Assembly (NCBI GenBank): GCA_963785075.1
Contig: CAWATW010000001.1
Span: 69,598-133,597, forward strand
Length of the DNA: 64,000 nucleotides
Reading direction: 5' to 3'
Source of the DNA: an uncultured bacterium
GTDB lineage: Bacteria; Actinomycetota; Acidimicrobiia; Spongiisociales; ZC4RG35
Positions 28,816 to 40,017 of the stretch are shown piece after piece. The stretch's first letter is position 1, and every line of letters begins with the position of its first letter. The notes beneath the pieces were generated by a model. It searched no databases. It was not told the origin of the DNA and saw only the letters and a list, made by a program, of their open reading frames with translations. The translations under genes were made by a program, and so were the position numbers.

Positions 28816-30363
28816 GTGATCTCCGGCAGCCACTCGAGGAGGGCGCAGGCGTCGTTGGTCGCCGTGTTGGTGACCCTGCTCGGGCTGTTCGTCACAGGAG
28901 CGGCCGTCGCCTTCTCGTTCGTCTCCATGGATCGTGCCCGCTCCACGGACCTCGCCGACCGGGGCCGCGAGCTGATCAACTGGGTACAGACGTCTGTCGG
29001 ACAGGGTCTCGAACGCACCCGCGGGACCGCCGGCCTCGTCGAGGCCAGCAACGTGGTCACCGATTCCGAGTTCGAGCGATATGCGCTGAAGATGGGTCCT
29101 GGCGACGGCATCACGGTGATCGGATACTTCCCGCTCGGCGATGGGATTCCGCTCGAATACAGCTACCGCTCCGATGTGTCGGGCAGGTCCGCGGTCGCAG
29201 GCCTGGACATCGATGCTCGAGTCGCCGAGTTTCGGTGGGGCAAACAGCCAAGGCTCGAAGGTCGTCTCGACGACGACCCGTACTCGGTGTTGATCATCGG
29301 CCCGGTCTTCGGTGAGCCGACCGAAGTCATCGGCCTGAGCTACACGATCGTCGACCTGTCGTACATCTACCGTTTGCGGTCCTTCGCCGATCTCGAGGTG
29401 GCCTTCGTCGACCAGCGCGTCCCGCCGCCTGGTCCCCGTGTGCCCGGCGGATGGCGGGCGTCCGATTACGTCGCCGGCAGCCCGTGGTCGTTCGAGATCA
29501 CGGATCTGTCGCCGGACCCTGCGCCCCGAGCCGCGTGGCTGCTCGGTGTCTTCGGTCTACTCGGGACGGCGCTGGCGGTGGTCGGCCTCCGGCTCAGGAC
29601 CACCAAGCGTGCCACAGAGGCGGCCCTCAGCGAGCTGCGCCGCTCGACTGCCGACAAGGACCGGTTCATGGCTTCTGTGTCGCACGAGCTTCGCACGCCG
29701 CTCACTTCGGTTGTGGGCCTGTCCTCGGTGTTGGAGGCCGCATGGCGCGATCTGGGCTCGGAAGATGTCCAGTCGATGATCGAGGACATCCACCACGAAG
29801 GCCGCGAGCTGTCCGAGCTCGTCGAGGACCTCCTGACGGTCGGCCGGGACGAGTCCGGTGTGCTGACATACCGGGTCGAGCCGGTCGACCTGGACTCAGA
29901 GGTGGCAGGGATCGTGTCGCGACTGGCGCGATCGAGCGACCTCGACATCCAGGTCGCAGACGGTCTCGGCTCGGTGGAGGCCGATCCGCTCCGAACCCGG
30001 CAAGTGATCAGGAATCTGCTGGTCAATGCAATTCGGCACGCCGATGAGGTCGTTCGGATCGAGCCCGTCGATGCCGACCGCTTCGGGGGTGTTGTGGTCG
30101 TCAACGATGGGTTCGGAATCCCGACGGAGCAAGCGCCGCGGCTCTTCGAGGCCTATCAGGCCGGGCTTCGTGAAGGTCAGCCCGGCTCGATCGGCCTCGG
30201 GCTGTACGTGTCGCGCCGGCTGGCGAGGGGGATGGGCGGAGATCTCATCTATGCGCCCCGCGATGGCCTCGTCGTGTTCGAGCTCAGATTGGGCGCCGGC
30301 GACGAGGTCGTGCCTCGAACGCAGTCTGCGGCGACGAGCGCCGAGCCGACATGCACGGTCTGA
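28816..30363 (+). CDS. sensor histidine kinase with extracytoplasmic sensing domain (orphan)
   Basis: Two TM helices flank a periplasmic region of about 230 aa. H-box ASVSHELRTPLTSV. N, G1 and G2 boxes in the C-terminus. No adjacent response regulator. Confidence 0.8.
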   Translation: MISGSHSRRAQASLVAVLVTLLGLFVTGAAVAFSFVSMDRARSTDLADRGRELINWVQTSVGQGLERTRGTAGLVEASNVVTDSEFERYALKMGPGDGITVIGYFPLGDGIPLEYSYRSDVSGRSAVAGLDIDARVAEFRWGKQPRLEGRLDDDPYSVLIIGPVFGEPTEVIGLSYTIVDLSYIYRLRSFADLEVAFVDQRVPPPGPRVPGGWRASDYVAGSPWSFEITDLSPDPAPRAAWLLGVFGLLGTALAVVGLRLRTTKRATEAALSELRRSTADKDRFMASVSHELRTPLTSVVGLSSVLEAAWRDLGSEDVQSMIEDIHHEGRELSELVEDLLTVGRDESGVLTYRVEPVDLDSEVAGIVSRLARSSDLDIQVADGLGSVEADPLRTRQVIRNLLVNAIRHADEVVRIEPVDADRFGGVVVVNDGFGIPTEQAPRLFEAYQAGLREGQPGSIGLGLYVSRRLARGMGGDLIYAPRDGLVVFELRLGAGDEVVPRTQSAATSAEPTCTV

Positions 30364-30373
30364 CGTCGCTCTG

Positions 30374-30970
30374 ATGGCACCTTCCGCCGACGACTGGTCG
30401 CTCCGCTACTCGAGCGGGAACATCCCATGGGACATGCGCCGGCCAGACCCGGAGCTCTCCCGACGCCTGGTCCTCGACCCCAGCCTCGGCCTGCCGCGGG
30501 TCGGACGGGTCCTCGTCCCCGGATGTGGACTGGGTCACGATGCGCTGGCCCTGGCGGAGGCAGGGTGGGAGATCGTGGCTGTGGACTTTGCCTCGGCCGT
30601 GGCCCCCGGGGTGCGGAAGCGGATCGAAGCCGTTGGTGGCACGTTCCTGCACGACGATGCGCTCACGTTGGGCGAGCGGAAGTTCGACGTGGTCTTCGAT
30701 CACACTTTCTTCTGCGCCGTGGACCCGTCCGCTCGACCCCAGTTCGGCTCGATGGTCGGCCGTGTCCTGCGGATCGGGGGGTCGCTCGTGTCGATCGTGT
30801 TCCCGGTGGGCAGGGAACCGGGCGACTCCGGGCCTCCGCATCCGATGGAGGTAGGCGACGTCACCGACGTCCTCGGCCCAGGCTTTCGGCTGGCCGAGCA
30901 GAGCGAGCCCTTCCGGACAGGGCGTCGGGCTTGGAGCCACGTGTGGGCTCGGTGGGATCGGGTCGGGTGA
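30374..30970 (+). CDS. thiopurine/thiol S-methyltransferase (TPMT)-family SAM methyltransferase
   Basis: 198 aa, WSLRYSSGNIPWDMRRPDP...VLVPGCGLGHDALALAEAGWEIVAVDFA. SAM motif I. TPMT/TehB-like. Confidence 0.7.
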   Translation: MAPSADDWSLRYSSGNIPWDMRRPDPELSRRLVLDPSLGLPRVGRVLVPGCGLGHDALALAEAGWEIVAVDFASAVAPGVRKRIEAVGGTFLHDDALTLGERKFDVVFDHTFFCAVDPSARPQFGSMVGRVLRIGGSLVSIVFPVGREPGDSGPPHPMEVGDVTDVLGPGFRLAEQSEPFRTGRRAWSHVWARWDRVG

Positions 30971-30980
30971 AACCGGGCCG

Positions 30981-31505
30981 TCATCGGCATCGTTGGAACA
31001 GCCAACCGAAGACCAAGCCAAAGGTCTCCTGGACTCGAGCGTCGGTGACCGGTGACCGGGTCCTCATCGAGGGTGCGGGAACACCTTCGATGGTCGCGTC
31101 GGTGCACGAGCGGTCGAGAGCCGAAGCCCGCCGGAGGTGATAGTCAGAGGTCACGACGATGACCTCGTCCCATCCGCGCTCGGCCACGATTTCCCCTAGC
31201 GCCCGTGCCTCGCCGGCCGTGTCGACGGAGGGTGGTGTGATGCACACGACGGAATCACTCGACTCGCAGATCCCGCGCGGGGCCGACGAAGAGCGCACAC
31301 CCGGGTCTGAGAAGACGAGTACGGGCGCGGCGCCGGCATCGAAGAGATCGATGGCTGCCCGTGCCCTCTCTCCCCGTCCGCCGGCATGCACGAAGATGGC
31401 ATCGCCTGTGGGCGCCGAGGCCACCTCGGGATGTGCGACCAGGTAGCCCGCGTATCCGAAGACCACGACGACTGTGACCAGGAGGGCGGTGAAGGTACGT
31501 CGCAC
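30981..31505 (-). CDS. YdcF/ElyC (DUF218) family protein
   Basis: 174 aa. N-terminal TM. DUF218-like motifs AIFVHAGG and IVVTSDYHLRRA. Confidence 0.7.
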   Translation of the reverse strand: MRRTFTALLVTVVVVFGYAGYLVAHPEVASAPTGDAIFVHAGGRGERARAAIDLFDAGAAPVLVFSDPGVRSSSAPRGICESSDSVVCITPPSVDTAGEARALGEIVAERGWDEVIVVTSDYHLRRASALDRSCTDATIEGVPAPSMRTRSPVTDARVQETFGLVFGWLFQRCR

Positions 31506-31556
31506 GGGGTCAGTGAACCACGCGAGATCGGCTATCGGCGGAGGTGGAGCTGACGA

Positions 31557-32555
31557 TCAGAGGCGGGCGGCGGAGCCGGTTCGGAGGTGACACGCGGCGA
31601 GGTGCCCCTCGCTGTTCGTCCGATCCGGCGCGAGTTCGGGGACGGTGATGTCGCAGAGCCCGGGCTCGGCGATGGGGCAGCGCGGATGGAAGTGGCATCC
31701 GGCGGGTGGGTTGAGCGGCGAAGGGATCTCACCTTGAAGGATCTGACGGTCCCGGCGGCGGGTGGGATCGGCGACGGGAATCGCGCTGAGGAGCGCCTCC
31801 GTGTAGGGATGCAGCGGATGCTCGTAGAGGGTGGTGCGATCGGTGACCTCGACCACCCGTCCGAGATACATCACGGCCACACGGTCCGAGATGTGTTCGA
31901 CGACCGCGAGGTTGTGGGCAACGAACATCAGGGTCAGGCCGAGCTCGCCCTGCAACTCCTTCAGCAGGTTCAGGACCTGGGCTTGAACCGACACGTCGAG
32001 TGCGCTGACCGGTTCGTCTGCGACCACGAAGTCGGGTTCGAGGATCAGCGCCCGTGCGATTCCGATTCGCTGCCGCTGGCCTCCCGAGAACTCGTGTGGG
32101 TAGCGGCCTGCATGATTCGGGCTGAGACCGACGAGCTCCAGCATTCTCGACACTCGAGCGCGTCGCTCTTCGGTGTCGCCCACCCGATGAATACGAAGAC
32201 CCTCGGAGATCGAGTTGCCGACCGGAGTTCGGGGGTCGAGTGAGCCGTACGGATCCTGGAAGATCATCTGCACGCGGCGACGGAAGGGCGCCAGGGTCTT
32301 TCCTTCCAGGTGTGCGATGTCGACGCCGTCGAATTCTATCGAGCCGGCCGTCGGCTCGAGGAGGCGAACCAGCATCCGCCCCAGCGTGGTCTTCCCACAT
32401 CCGGACTCGCCGACAAGACCGACCGTTTCTCCACGTGCAATGTCGAGATCGACGCCGCCAACGGCTTGCACCTGTCCGACGGTTCGCTGAAGCCAGCCGC
32501 CCTTGACCGGAAAGTCCTTGCGCAGTCCTTTCACCCGAACCAGCGGCTCAGTCAT
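31557..32555 (-). CDS. ABC di/oligopeptide-type transporter ATP-binding protein (DppF/OppF-like)
   Basis: Walker [10 protein letters not shown], signature [15 protein letters not shown], and the C-terminal oligopeptide-type extension. Start at about 32555 overlaps the upstream stop (ATGA). Confidence 0.85.
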   Translation of the reverse strand: MTEPLVRVKGLRKDFPVKGGWLQRTVGQVQAVGGVDLDIARGETVGLVGESGCGKTTLGRMLVRLLEPTAGSIEFDGVDIAHLEGKTLAPFRRRVQMIFQDPYGSLDPRTPVGNSISEGLRIHRVGDTEERRARVSRMLELVGLSPNHAGRYPHEFSGGQRQRIGIARALILEPDFVVADEPVSALDVSVQAQVLNLLKELQGELGLTLMFVAHNLAVVEHISDRVAVMYLGRVVEVTDRTTLYEHPLHPYTEALLSAIPVADPTRRRDRQILQGEIPSPLNPPAGCHFHPRCPIAEPGLCDITVPELAPDRTNSEGHLAACHLRTGSAARL

Positions 32556-33588
32556 CGGTCGACCTGTGCTCTCGGTCGTAGAGCCAGCACGCCGCGGTGT
32601 GACCTGGTCCGACATCCAAGAGGGGCGGCTCCTCGATCGTGCACCCTTGCACACCGTGCTCCACCCTCGCCCGGCACCGGGCTGCGAAGCGGCACCCGCG
32701 GGGCGGATCGATCAACGATGGAACCACCCCAGGGATCGTGTCGAGCTCGTCCTTACGCTCGCCCAGAATGGGGATCGATCCGATGAGTCCTTGGGTGTAG
32801 GGGTGTTTCGGGTTGGCAAAGATCGTTGCGACGTCGCCTTCCTCGACGATCTTTCCCGCATACATCACCGCAACCCGATCGGCCATCTCCGCCACGACCC
32901 CGAGATCATGGGTGATGAGGATGACGGCCGTCCCGGAGTCGCGTTGGAGGTCACGCATGAGGTCGAGGATCTGAGCCTGGATCGTCACGTCGAGTGCCGT
33001 CGTCGGCTCATCGGCGATCAGCAGTTCGGGTGAGCAGGCGAGCGCGATGGCGATCATCACACGTTGTGCCATGCCACCGGAGAGCTCATGGGGGTACGCC
33101 AGCGCACGACGGCCCGGGTCGGGGATGCCCACCTTTCCGAGCATCTCGACGGCCCGCTCATGGCGCACTGTCTCCTTCAAGTCCCTGTGCAGCTCGTACA
33201 TCTCGGCGATCTGGGATCCTGCCCGGAACACCGGATTCAGCGCCGAGGTCGGTTGCTGGAAGATCATCGAGATGTGCTCGCCCCGCAGCCCGGTCAACTC
33301 CTTCTTCGACATGGTCGTGATCTCGCGTCCGTCGAAGCGAACCGAGCCCGACACCAGGCGGCCAGGATGGGGGACGAGGCCGAGGATCGACAGCGAAGTG
33401 ACCGACTTCCCACAGCCGGACTCGCCAACGATGGCGAGAACCTCCCCGCGGCGGACATGGAGGTCGATGCCGTCGACCGCCTGGACGACGCCGTCACGGG
33501 TGAAGAAATGGGTGCGAAGGTCGGTGACCTCGAGGAGCAGATCCTGGTCACGTGCGGAGGTGGGCTCGGCTTGGGCTGGGCTTGTCAT
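32552..33588 (-). CDS. ABC di/oligopeptide-type transporter ATP-binding protein (DppD/OppD-like)
   Basis: [36 protein letters not shown]. Start MTSPAQ at about 33588 overlaps the permease stop. Confidence 0.85.
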
Positions 33589-34514
33589 TCGTTCAGCGAG
33601 GGGTCGAGTGCATCGCGGAGACCATCCCCCAGGAGGTTGAATCCGAGCACGGTGACGATGATGGCGAGGCCGGGAAAGATCATCAGATGGGGTGCGGTGA
33701 ACACTCGCGCTCGTTCTGCGGCGAGCATCGCGCCCCATTCAGGTGTCGGTGGTTGGGCGCCCAGTCCGAGGAACCCGAGCGCCGCAGCCTCGAGGATCGC
33801 ACCGGCGATTCCCAGGGTGCCGAGCACCACGAGTGGGGTCAGGGCGTTGGGAATCACTCGTGTGAGGAGGATCCTCGTCTTCGATCCGCCGAGGGCCACG
33901 GAAGCGGCCACGTAGTCGACTTCCTTGATCGAGAGCACCGATGCGCGCATGACGCGTGCGTACTGGGGAAGTGTGACGATCGCGATCGCCAGCAGCGTGT
34001 TCCGCAGCCCTGGTCCCAGGACGAACACGATCGTGATCGCCAGGATCAGGGAGGGAAACCCGAGAACCACATCCATGATTCGCATCAGAATGTTGTCGAT
34101 CCAGCCGCCCACGTAGCCGGCGATCGACCCGATGGCGGCACCCACGAGAATCGCGACCAGCACCGTTGTGAAGCCCAGCGGCAGGCTCACCCGTGCCCCA
34201 TAGACCACCCGTGTGAACACATCCCGAACGTTCCCGTCCAGGCCCATGAGGTGCTGGGTCGTCTCACACCCGAACACTTCGATGCACGGCGGGGCCCATC
34301 GCTCGGCACCGTCCTGACCGATGAAGTCCTGTGCGATCTCGTAGGGGGCGAGCAGCGGGGCGAACAAGGCGACGAGGACCATGAAACCGACCATCACCAA
34401 GCCCACGACTCCGATCTTCCGCCCGAAGAAGCGACGCAGCGCGATCCGCCATATCGAGCCCGAACGCTCGAGGAGTTGCTCGGCCGAGGCTGCGGAGATC
34501 GGATCGACCGTCAT
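33585..34514 (-). CDS. ABC transporter permease (DppC/OppC-like)
   Basis: Start MTVDPIS at about 34514 (ATGA overlap). An EAA-type motif lies in the region ASVALGGSKTRILLTRVIPNAL. 6 TM helices. Confidence 0.85.
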   Translation of the reverse strand: MTVDPISAASAEQLLERSGSIWRIALRRFFGRKIGVVGLVMVGFMVLVALFAPLLAPYEIAQDFIGQDGAERWAPPCIEVFGCETTQHLMGLDGNVRDVFTRVVYGARVSLPLGFTTVLVAILVGAAIGSIAGYVGGWIDNILMRIMDVVLGFPSLILAITIVFVLGPGLRNTLLAIAIVTLPQYARVMRASVLSIKEVDYVAASVALGGSKTRILLTRVIPNALTPLVVLGTLGIAGAILEAAALGFLGLGAQPPTPEWGAMLAAERARVFTAPHLMIFPGLAIIVTVLGFNLLGDGLRDALDPSLNE

Positions 34515-35590
34515 TTGAGGCGCACCCTCGGATCGAGATAGCCATACGAGATGTCGACGAGCAGATTGACCACCACGTAGGTGGCCGCGATCACGATGGT
34601 GAAGGCCTGGATGATGGGGAAGTCGCGACTGGAGATCGAATCGAAGAGGGCTGTGCCGATTCCGGCGAGCCCAAAGATCGTCTCGGTGAGAACTGCCCCA
34701 CCCAACAGTCCGCCGAGTTGGAGCCCGATCACCGTGACCACCGGGAGCAGAGCGTTGCGGAGGGCGTGGTGGCGCACGACGATTCGCTCGCCTGCGCCCT
34801 TGGCTCGGGCGGTCCGGACGTAGTCGCTTCCGAGCACATCGAGCAGCGATGATCGAGTCATCCGGGCGATGATCGACATCGGAATGGTGGCAAGTGTCAC
34901 CGCAGGCAGGATCAGGTGCTTGATCCCGTCGACGAGGATGTCCCATTGGGCACTGATGAGTGCGTTGAAGATCACCATGTTGGACACGAGTTCGGCGATG
35001 GCCGCGAAGAAGCCTTCGTCACCCACCTCCAGCCCCCAGACCTGCCAGAACGGTTCCGGCCGGGCGCCTGCGCTCAGCTGACCGAGCGCGGGGAGCGCAA
35101 ATGGCGTGTCACGGAGCAACGAGGCAAAGACGAAGGCAAGCAACAGCCCCAGCCAGAAGATGGGCATGGAAACCCCGACGTTGGCGACCGACATCGCGGC
35201 CACGTCGGTGAGGGTGTTGTGCCGTCGGGCCGCCAGAACCCCGAGGGGGATCCCGACGATGATCGCCAGCGTCAGGGCGGCGATCGAGAGTTCCAGCGTG
35301 ACCGGGAGACGCTCCAGAAGGATCTGGGTCACCGGTCGCGAGAACCGGATCGATTCGCCGAAATCTCCCGAGAGCATGTTTCGGGCGTACACGCCGAGTT
35401 GTACGGCGATGGGCTGGTCGAGGCCGTTCACCTCGTTGAACCGGGCGCAGGCCTCGGGCGTCGCCCGCTCGCCGAGCAGTGCCGTGCAGGGATCGCCCGG
35501 TGTTATCCGAATGAGAACGAACACGACGAGCAGCACCCCGATGAGAACCGGGATGGTGATCAAGACTCGGCGGAAGACGTATCCGATCAT
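34511..35590 (-). CDS. ABC transporter permease (DppB/OppB-like)
   Basis: Start MIGYVFRRVL at about 35590. EAA-type region ARAKGAGERIVVRHHALRNAL. Confidence 0.85.
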   Translation of the reverse strand: MIGYVFRRVLITIPVLIGVLLVVFVLIRITPGDPCTALLGERATPEACARFNEVNGLDQPIAVQLGVYARNMLSGDFGESIRFSRPVTQILLERLPVTLELSIAALTLAIIVGIPLGVLAARRHNTLTDVAAMSVANVGVSMPIFWLGLLLAFVFASLLRDTPFALPALGQLSAGARPEPFWQVWGLEVGDEGFFAAIAELVSNMVIFNALISAQWDILVDGIKHLILPAVTLATIPMSIIARMTRSSLLDVLGSDYVRTARAKGAGERIVVRHHALRNALLPVVTVIGLQLGGLLGGAVLTETIFGLAGIGTALFDSISSRDFPIIQAFTIVIAATYVVVNLLVDISYGYLDPRVRLK

Positions 35591-35646
35591 GGTTGGCAGA
35601 GTGAGGGGGGCGCCCACTGGGCGCCCCCCTCAGCGTTTGGAGAGAC

Positions 35647-37359
35647 TCAGCCCTCCGCGTTGATCAGCGAGCCCCAGAGGTACGAGTAGTAGTCGAACGA
35701 ACCGGTGTTACCGGTGTGGAGCGGGCTTGCCGCATCCAAACCGGCCGTCCAAGTGGCGATCACATCGGTTGCGTCGAAATCCGTACCGTCATGGAACGTG
35801 ATGCCCGTCTTGAGGGTGCACGTCCAAAGCGTGCCGTCCTCGTTGGGATCGCAGGACTCGGCGAGCTTCGGAACGGGCTGGCCGTCGAGGTCGTACCCGT
35901 ACAAGCCCTCCATGACCTGCTCGCATGCCGACAACGACTCGCCGTCGCTCTCGTCGGAGCAGTACATCGAGATCGGCTCGGCGTTCTGGACGAACACGAG
36001 CGTGTCCTTGCCCGGATCCATGGTGGCGAACTGCGGTGCGCCGAACGGCGGGGACTGAGCGTTGCCGAGTGCCGTGCTGGCAGCGTCGGCAGCGGCGCCC
36101 CACGCGATCGGAACCATGGGCACGTGCTGCTTGATGAGGTTGTTGGCCTCGGCGTACAGCGGTGCGGACTCCGCCGGGTCGGCGATGGCGCCGGCCTCGG
36201 CGAGGAGCGCCGCAATGTCCTCATAGGTGTCACCGAACTGAACGTTGCCACCGAAGTGGAAGTCCAGGAAGTTCGTCACGTGCGGATAGTCGGCACCCCA
36301 CCCGAGCAGGTGGATCCCATCGAGCTGACCGGACGTGGAGGCGTCGATGAACGCACCCGATTCCTGCACCTCGATCTCGACGTTGATGCCCAGGTTCTGC
36401 GCCAGCTGTGACTGGATCTCCTGAGCCACGACCTGCGGCTCCGGCAGGTAGACCCGGAACACGTCACGCAGGTACAGCGTGGTGTCGAATCCGTCTGGGA
36501 ACCCGGCCTCCGCCAGCAGCGCCTTGCCCGCCTCCGGATCGAAGTCGTACCAGGCGTCTCCCTCACACCCGTTCTCGATGATGCACGGTGTGAAGTGGGT
36601 GGCGACCTCGCGACCCGTCCGGATAGAACGTGTCGACGATCCTCTGTCGATCGATCCCCAGCGCGATCGCCTGCCGCACACGCTCGTCGTCGAACGGAGC
36701 GAAGGTGTTCGTGAACCCCATGTAGAAGATGTTCGGGTTCAGGTCGGGCAGAACCGCGAGGTCCTGGTTGGCTTCGATCGTCGCGTAGTCGCTGGCGGCG
36801 AGGGCGGTGATGTAGTCGGCGTTCCCCGACTCCAACTCCAGGATGCGCGAAGTGCTCTCTTCCGCCCACCGGAACACCAGCGTGTCGAACGCCGGCTGAT
36901 CGCCCCAGTAGTTCTCGTTGCGGCTGAAGATGATCTCACTACCTCGACTCCAGGAATCCAGCATGAACGGGCCGGTTCCGACTGGGTTGTCCAATGGCGA
37001 TCCGCTGGTTGCCTCGAGATGCTCGGATGGCTGGATGCCGAATGGCACGAAAGCCATCTTCGCCAAGAACGCAGGGTCCGGGGAGCACAGTGCGAACTCG
37101 ACGGTCTGGGCGTCGACAGCCGTGATCGAGCTGATCTTGCCGCCGTAGTCGCAACCGCCGGCGTCGAGGGCCGTCGTTTCGAAATCGCCGGATGGCTCGG
37201 CCGCGGTTGTCGTCGTTTCCTCGTCGACCATTGCGGTCGTTTCCGTCGTCGGCTCGTCGCCCGTGGTGGTGTCACTCACGTCGTCGGTGGTTCCGCCGCA
37301 GGCGGCGGCCACCAGGGCCAGCAAGGCCACGAGCGCCATGATGCGTAGTCGCTTCATCG
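35647..37359 (-). pseudogene. ABC transporter substrate-binding lipoprotein, family 5 (DppA/OppA-like), single frameshift
   Basis: Lipobox LVAAACGG after MKRLRIMALVALL (GGGAGGA before the ATG). The N-terminal 265 aa are in ORF 36563..37705 and the C-terminal part in ORF 35647..36681. The junction is at the ccggacggg run near 36630. Confidence 0.55.
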
Positions 37360-37442
37360 ATTCCTCCCTGTTCGAGGGCCCTCTCGGAAAAAGGCCACCC
37401 GACCACGCTAGCGATGCAACGCCGCACGTGCGATGCGGCGGA

Positions 37443-37892
37443 TCAAGCTTCGGTCGGTTCGAGCTCGGGCCGCAGCAGATGGAGCAGCGCGGTGCCATAC
37501 GCGTCGGCGGCGGTCGACGCCTCCACACCGAGCACCTGTTGGCCGATCCGTACGTCACAACGAAAGCCGGTGTCGGTGGGAACCAGGCCGGCGAACCGGT
37601 CGCCGATCCTTGCTCGCAGCTGTGACTCCGAGGGCAGCCACACCACGTCCTGGGTGAGGATGTAGTCGAGTGACCATTCGACGGCGCCGTTGAACGTGAT
37701 CGCACCGATGCCGTCGCCGAGCGTGGTGAGGTCGATCGAGAGATCGGCGATCACGAACACGTGATCGTCGAGGTTGCGATCGGGAATGTGAAACCGGTCC
37801 CCGAGGGCCGGGCGCCAGTACAGGCCGGCGGAGCGCAGCTGCTTGGCGAGCCCCACTCGAACCGTCTCGCGTGCGGGATCATCAATGATCAT
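37443..37892 (-). CDS. hypothetical protein (149 aa), third gene of RRM-IF1 operon
   Basis: ATG at 37892 overlaps the IF-1-like stop (ATGA). No recognisable domain. The track ORF 37443..38150 over-extends. Confidence 0.5.
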   Translation of the reverse strand: MIIDDPARETVRVGLAKQLRSAGLYWRPALGDRFHIPDRNLDDHVFVIADLSIDLTTLGDGIGAITFNGAVEWSLDYILTQDVVWLPSESQLRARIGDRFAGLVPTDTGFRCDVRIGQQVLGVEASTAADAYGTALLHLLRPELEPTEA

Positions 37893-38113
37893 CGGTAGCG
37901 CCAGACGATCCGGCCTCGGGTGGGGTCGTAGGTGGACACCTCGATGTCCACCTCGTCTCCCGGGAGAATCCGAATCATGCGGCCCCGCCGCATCTTGCCA
38001 CTCGGTCGGGCCGTGATCTCCAGCCCGCCTTCGACCTCGACGAGGAAGGTCGCGCTGCGAAGCACTTTCTTGACCGTGCCTCGCATGCGGATGTATTCCT
38101 CCTCGTCCGCCAT
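37889..38113 (-). CDS. infA: translation initiation factor IF-1-like S1/OB-fold protein (divergent infA paralog?)
   Basis: 74 aa, MADEEEYIRMRGTVKKVLRSATFLVEVEGGLEITARPSGKMRRGRMIRILPGDEVDIEVSTYDPTRGRIVWRYR, which aligns to IF-1 (ISGKMRKNYIRILTGDKV...YDLSKGRIVFR). Non-canonical genomic context. Confidence 0.8.
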   Translation of the reverse strand: MADEEEYIRMRGTVKKVLRSATFLVEVEGGLEITARPSGKMRRGRMIRILPGDEVDIEVSTYDPTRGRIVWRYR

Positions 38114-38418
38114 CAGTATCCCCGGTTGTGATCCCGACCGCGCCCGCCATCGCGTCTGCCGCCGCCGGGGCGCTCGGCTCTGGGTCTCGCCTCGTTCACG
38201 GTGAGCGGACGTCCGTCGGCGTCGGAACCGTCCAACTCGGATATGGCCTTGCGGGCCTGGGCGTCGTCGGGCATGACCACAAATCCGAATCCGCGGGACC
38301 GTCCGGTCTCGCGATCGGTGATGATCGATGCCGAATCGACTTCTCCGTGAGGGCGGAACAACGCCGCCAAATCCTCGTCGGAGAATCGGAATGGGAGGTT
38401 TCCCACGTAGATGTTCAT
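38113..38418 (-). CDS. RNA-recognition-motif (RRM) RNA-binding protein with Gly/Arg-rich tail
   Basis: MNIYVGNLPF (RNP2) and RGFGFVVM (RNP1), followed by a C-terminal RGG-rich tail. AGGAG lies before the ATG. The stop overlaps the infA-like start. Confidence 0.8.
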   Translation of the reverse strand: MNIYVGNLPFRFSDEDLAALFRPHGEVDSASIITDRETGRSRGFGFVVMPDDAQARKAISELDGSDADGRPLTVNEARPRAERPGGGRRDGGRGRDHNRGY

Positions 38419-38679
38419 GCCAGCTCCTGCGTGTGACCGCCGGAACGACGGTCTTCCACCATCGTGCACAGGCACATGCCACATCGGCGAGCCGTTCGAA
38501 CCACGTACCTGGCAGCACCCGAGGGGTGCTCCACGGGGACAATACAAGACGGTTTCCCCGGTCACCACTGCGTTCGGCACTCTGGCTTGTGGACGGTTCG
38601 TGGGACCTCGCCGATCCGACGAGCCGCCGGACGCGATGAAGGCCCGAGTGCCTCGCGCGGGTCGGTAGCCTGACACGGC

Positions 38680-40017
38680 ATGAGCGAGTTTTCAGATCGG
38701 TTCACGTGGGGTGTGGCGACCTCGGCCTACCAGATCGAAGGCGGGATCGAGGATGGGAAAGGCGAGTCCATCTGGGATCGGTTCGCCGCGGAGGGGCACA
38801 TGTCCGATACCGGTGCGGTTGCCTGCGATCACTACCACCGCTTTCCGGAGGACGTCGAACTCATGCGACGCCTCGGTGTGGACGCCTATCGCTTCTCGCT
38901 GGCGTGGACCCGGATCCTGCCCGAAGGCGTGGGGTCTGTGAACCAACAGGGGTTGGATTTCTACAGCCGACTGGTCGACGAGTTGCTCGAAGCCGGTATC
39001 ACACCGTGGGCGACGCTCTACCACTGGGACCTTCCCCAGGCGCTCCAGGATCGTGGCGGGTGGCCGGCGAGATCCACTGTCGATGCGTTCGTGGAGTACA
39101 CCGCCGTCGTGATGGATGCACTGGGCGACAGGGTGGATCAATGGATCACTCACAACGAGCCGTGGGTGGCCTCGATGCTCGGCTATCGCGAAGGAGTGTT
39201 TGCACCCGGGATCAGCAGCTGGCCGGATGCACTGGCGACGGCGCATCACCTGCTCCTGTCGCACGGCCAGGCCGTCGAAGTGATCCGCAACGAGGTCCCT
39301 GGGGCTACGGTCGGGATCGCCCTGGATTGCCGTCCGGCGCAGCCGGCATCGAACGACCCTGCCGATGTCGCCGCCCATCGCCACTTCGACGGCTTCAGGA
39401 ATCGTTGGTTCTTCGATCCTGTCTTCGGGATGGGGTATCCGGAGGACGTGTTCGAGACCTACGAGGTGCTTGGGCGCTTCGACTCCTCGGTGGTCCGCGA
39501 CGGCGACATGGATGTGATCGCCCGACCCATCGATTTCGTCGGGATCAACTACTACACGAGCCTCGTCATCGCTGCCGGCGGCGAAGAGTCCGAGGACCCC
39601 GGAGTGCCTGCCGGCGCGCCGGCGCAACCGGGCCGCACGGAGATGGGATGGGCGACGACCCCCGATGCTTTCAGGGACTATCTGGTCCACATCCACGAGC
39701 GTTACGAACCGGCATCGATCGTGATCACGGAGAACGGGGCGAGCTACTCCACTGGCCCTGACGCCGACGGGATCGTCGACGATGCGGACCGGATCGCCTA
39801 CCTCGAATCCCACGTGGTCGCCGTGGAGGAGGCGATCGCCGCCGGGGCACCTGTCGAGGGGTACTTCGTCTGGAGCCTTCTCGACAATCTCGAGTGGACG
39901 TCCGGATACTCGCAACGTTTTGGTCTCGTGTGGGTGGACCACGACACACAGCAGCGCATCCCAAAGGCGTCGTACGACTGGTACCACGACTTCATCGCCG
40001 GCACCCGCACCACCTGA
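38680..40017 (+). CDS. glycoside hydrolase family 1 beta-glucosidase
   Basis: GH1 N-terminal motif [15 protein letters not shown], acid/base TENEP-type region ITHNEPW, and nucleophile ITENG. Confidence 0.9.
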   Translation: MSEFSDRFTWGVATSAYQIEGGIEDGKGESIWDRFAAEGHMSDTGAVACDHYHRFPEDVELMRRLGVDAYRFSLAWTRILPEGVGSVNQQGLDFYSRLVDELLEAGITPWATLYHWDLPQALQDRGGWPARSTVDAFVEYTAVVMDALGDRVDQWITHNEPWVASMLGYREGVFAPGISSWPDALATAHHLLLSHGQAVEVIRNEVPGATVGIALDCRPAQPASNDPADVAAHRHFDGFRNRWFFDPVFGMGYPEDVFETYEVLGRFDSSVVRDGDMDVIARPIDFVGINYYTSLVIAAGGEESEDPGVPAGAPAQPGRTEMGWATTPDAFRDYLVHIHERYEPASIVITENGASYSTGPDADGIVDDADRIAYLESHVVAVEEAIAAGAPVEGYFVWSLLDNLEWTSGYSQRFGLVWVDHDTQQRIPKASYDWYHDFIAGTRTT

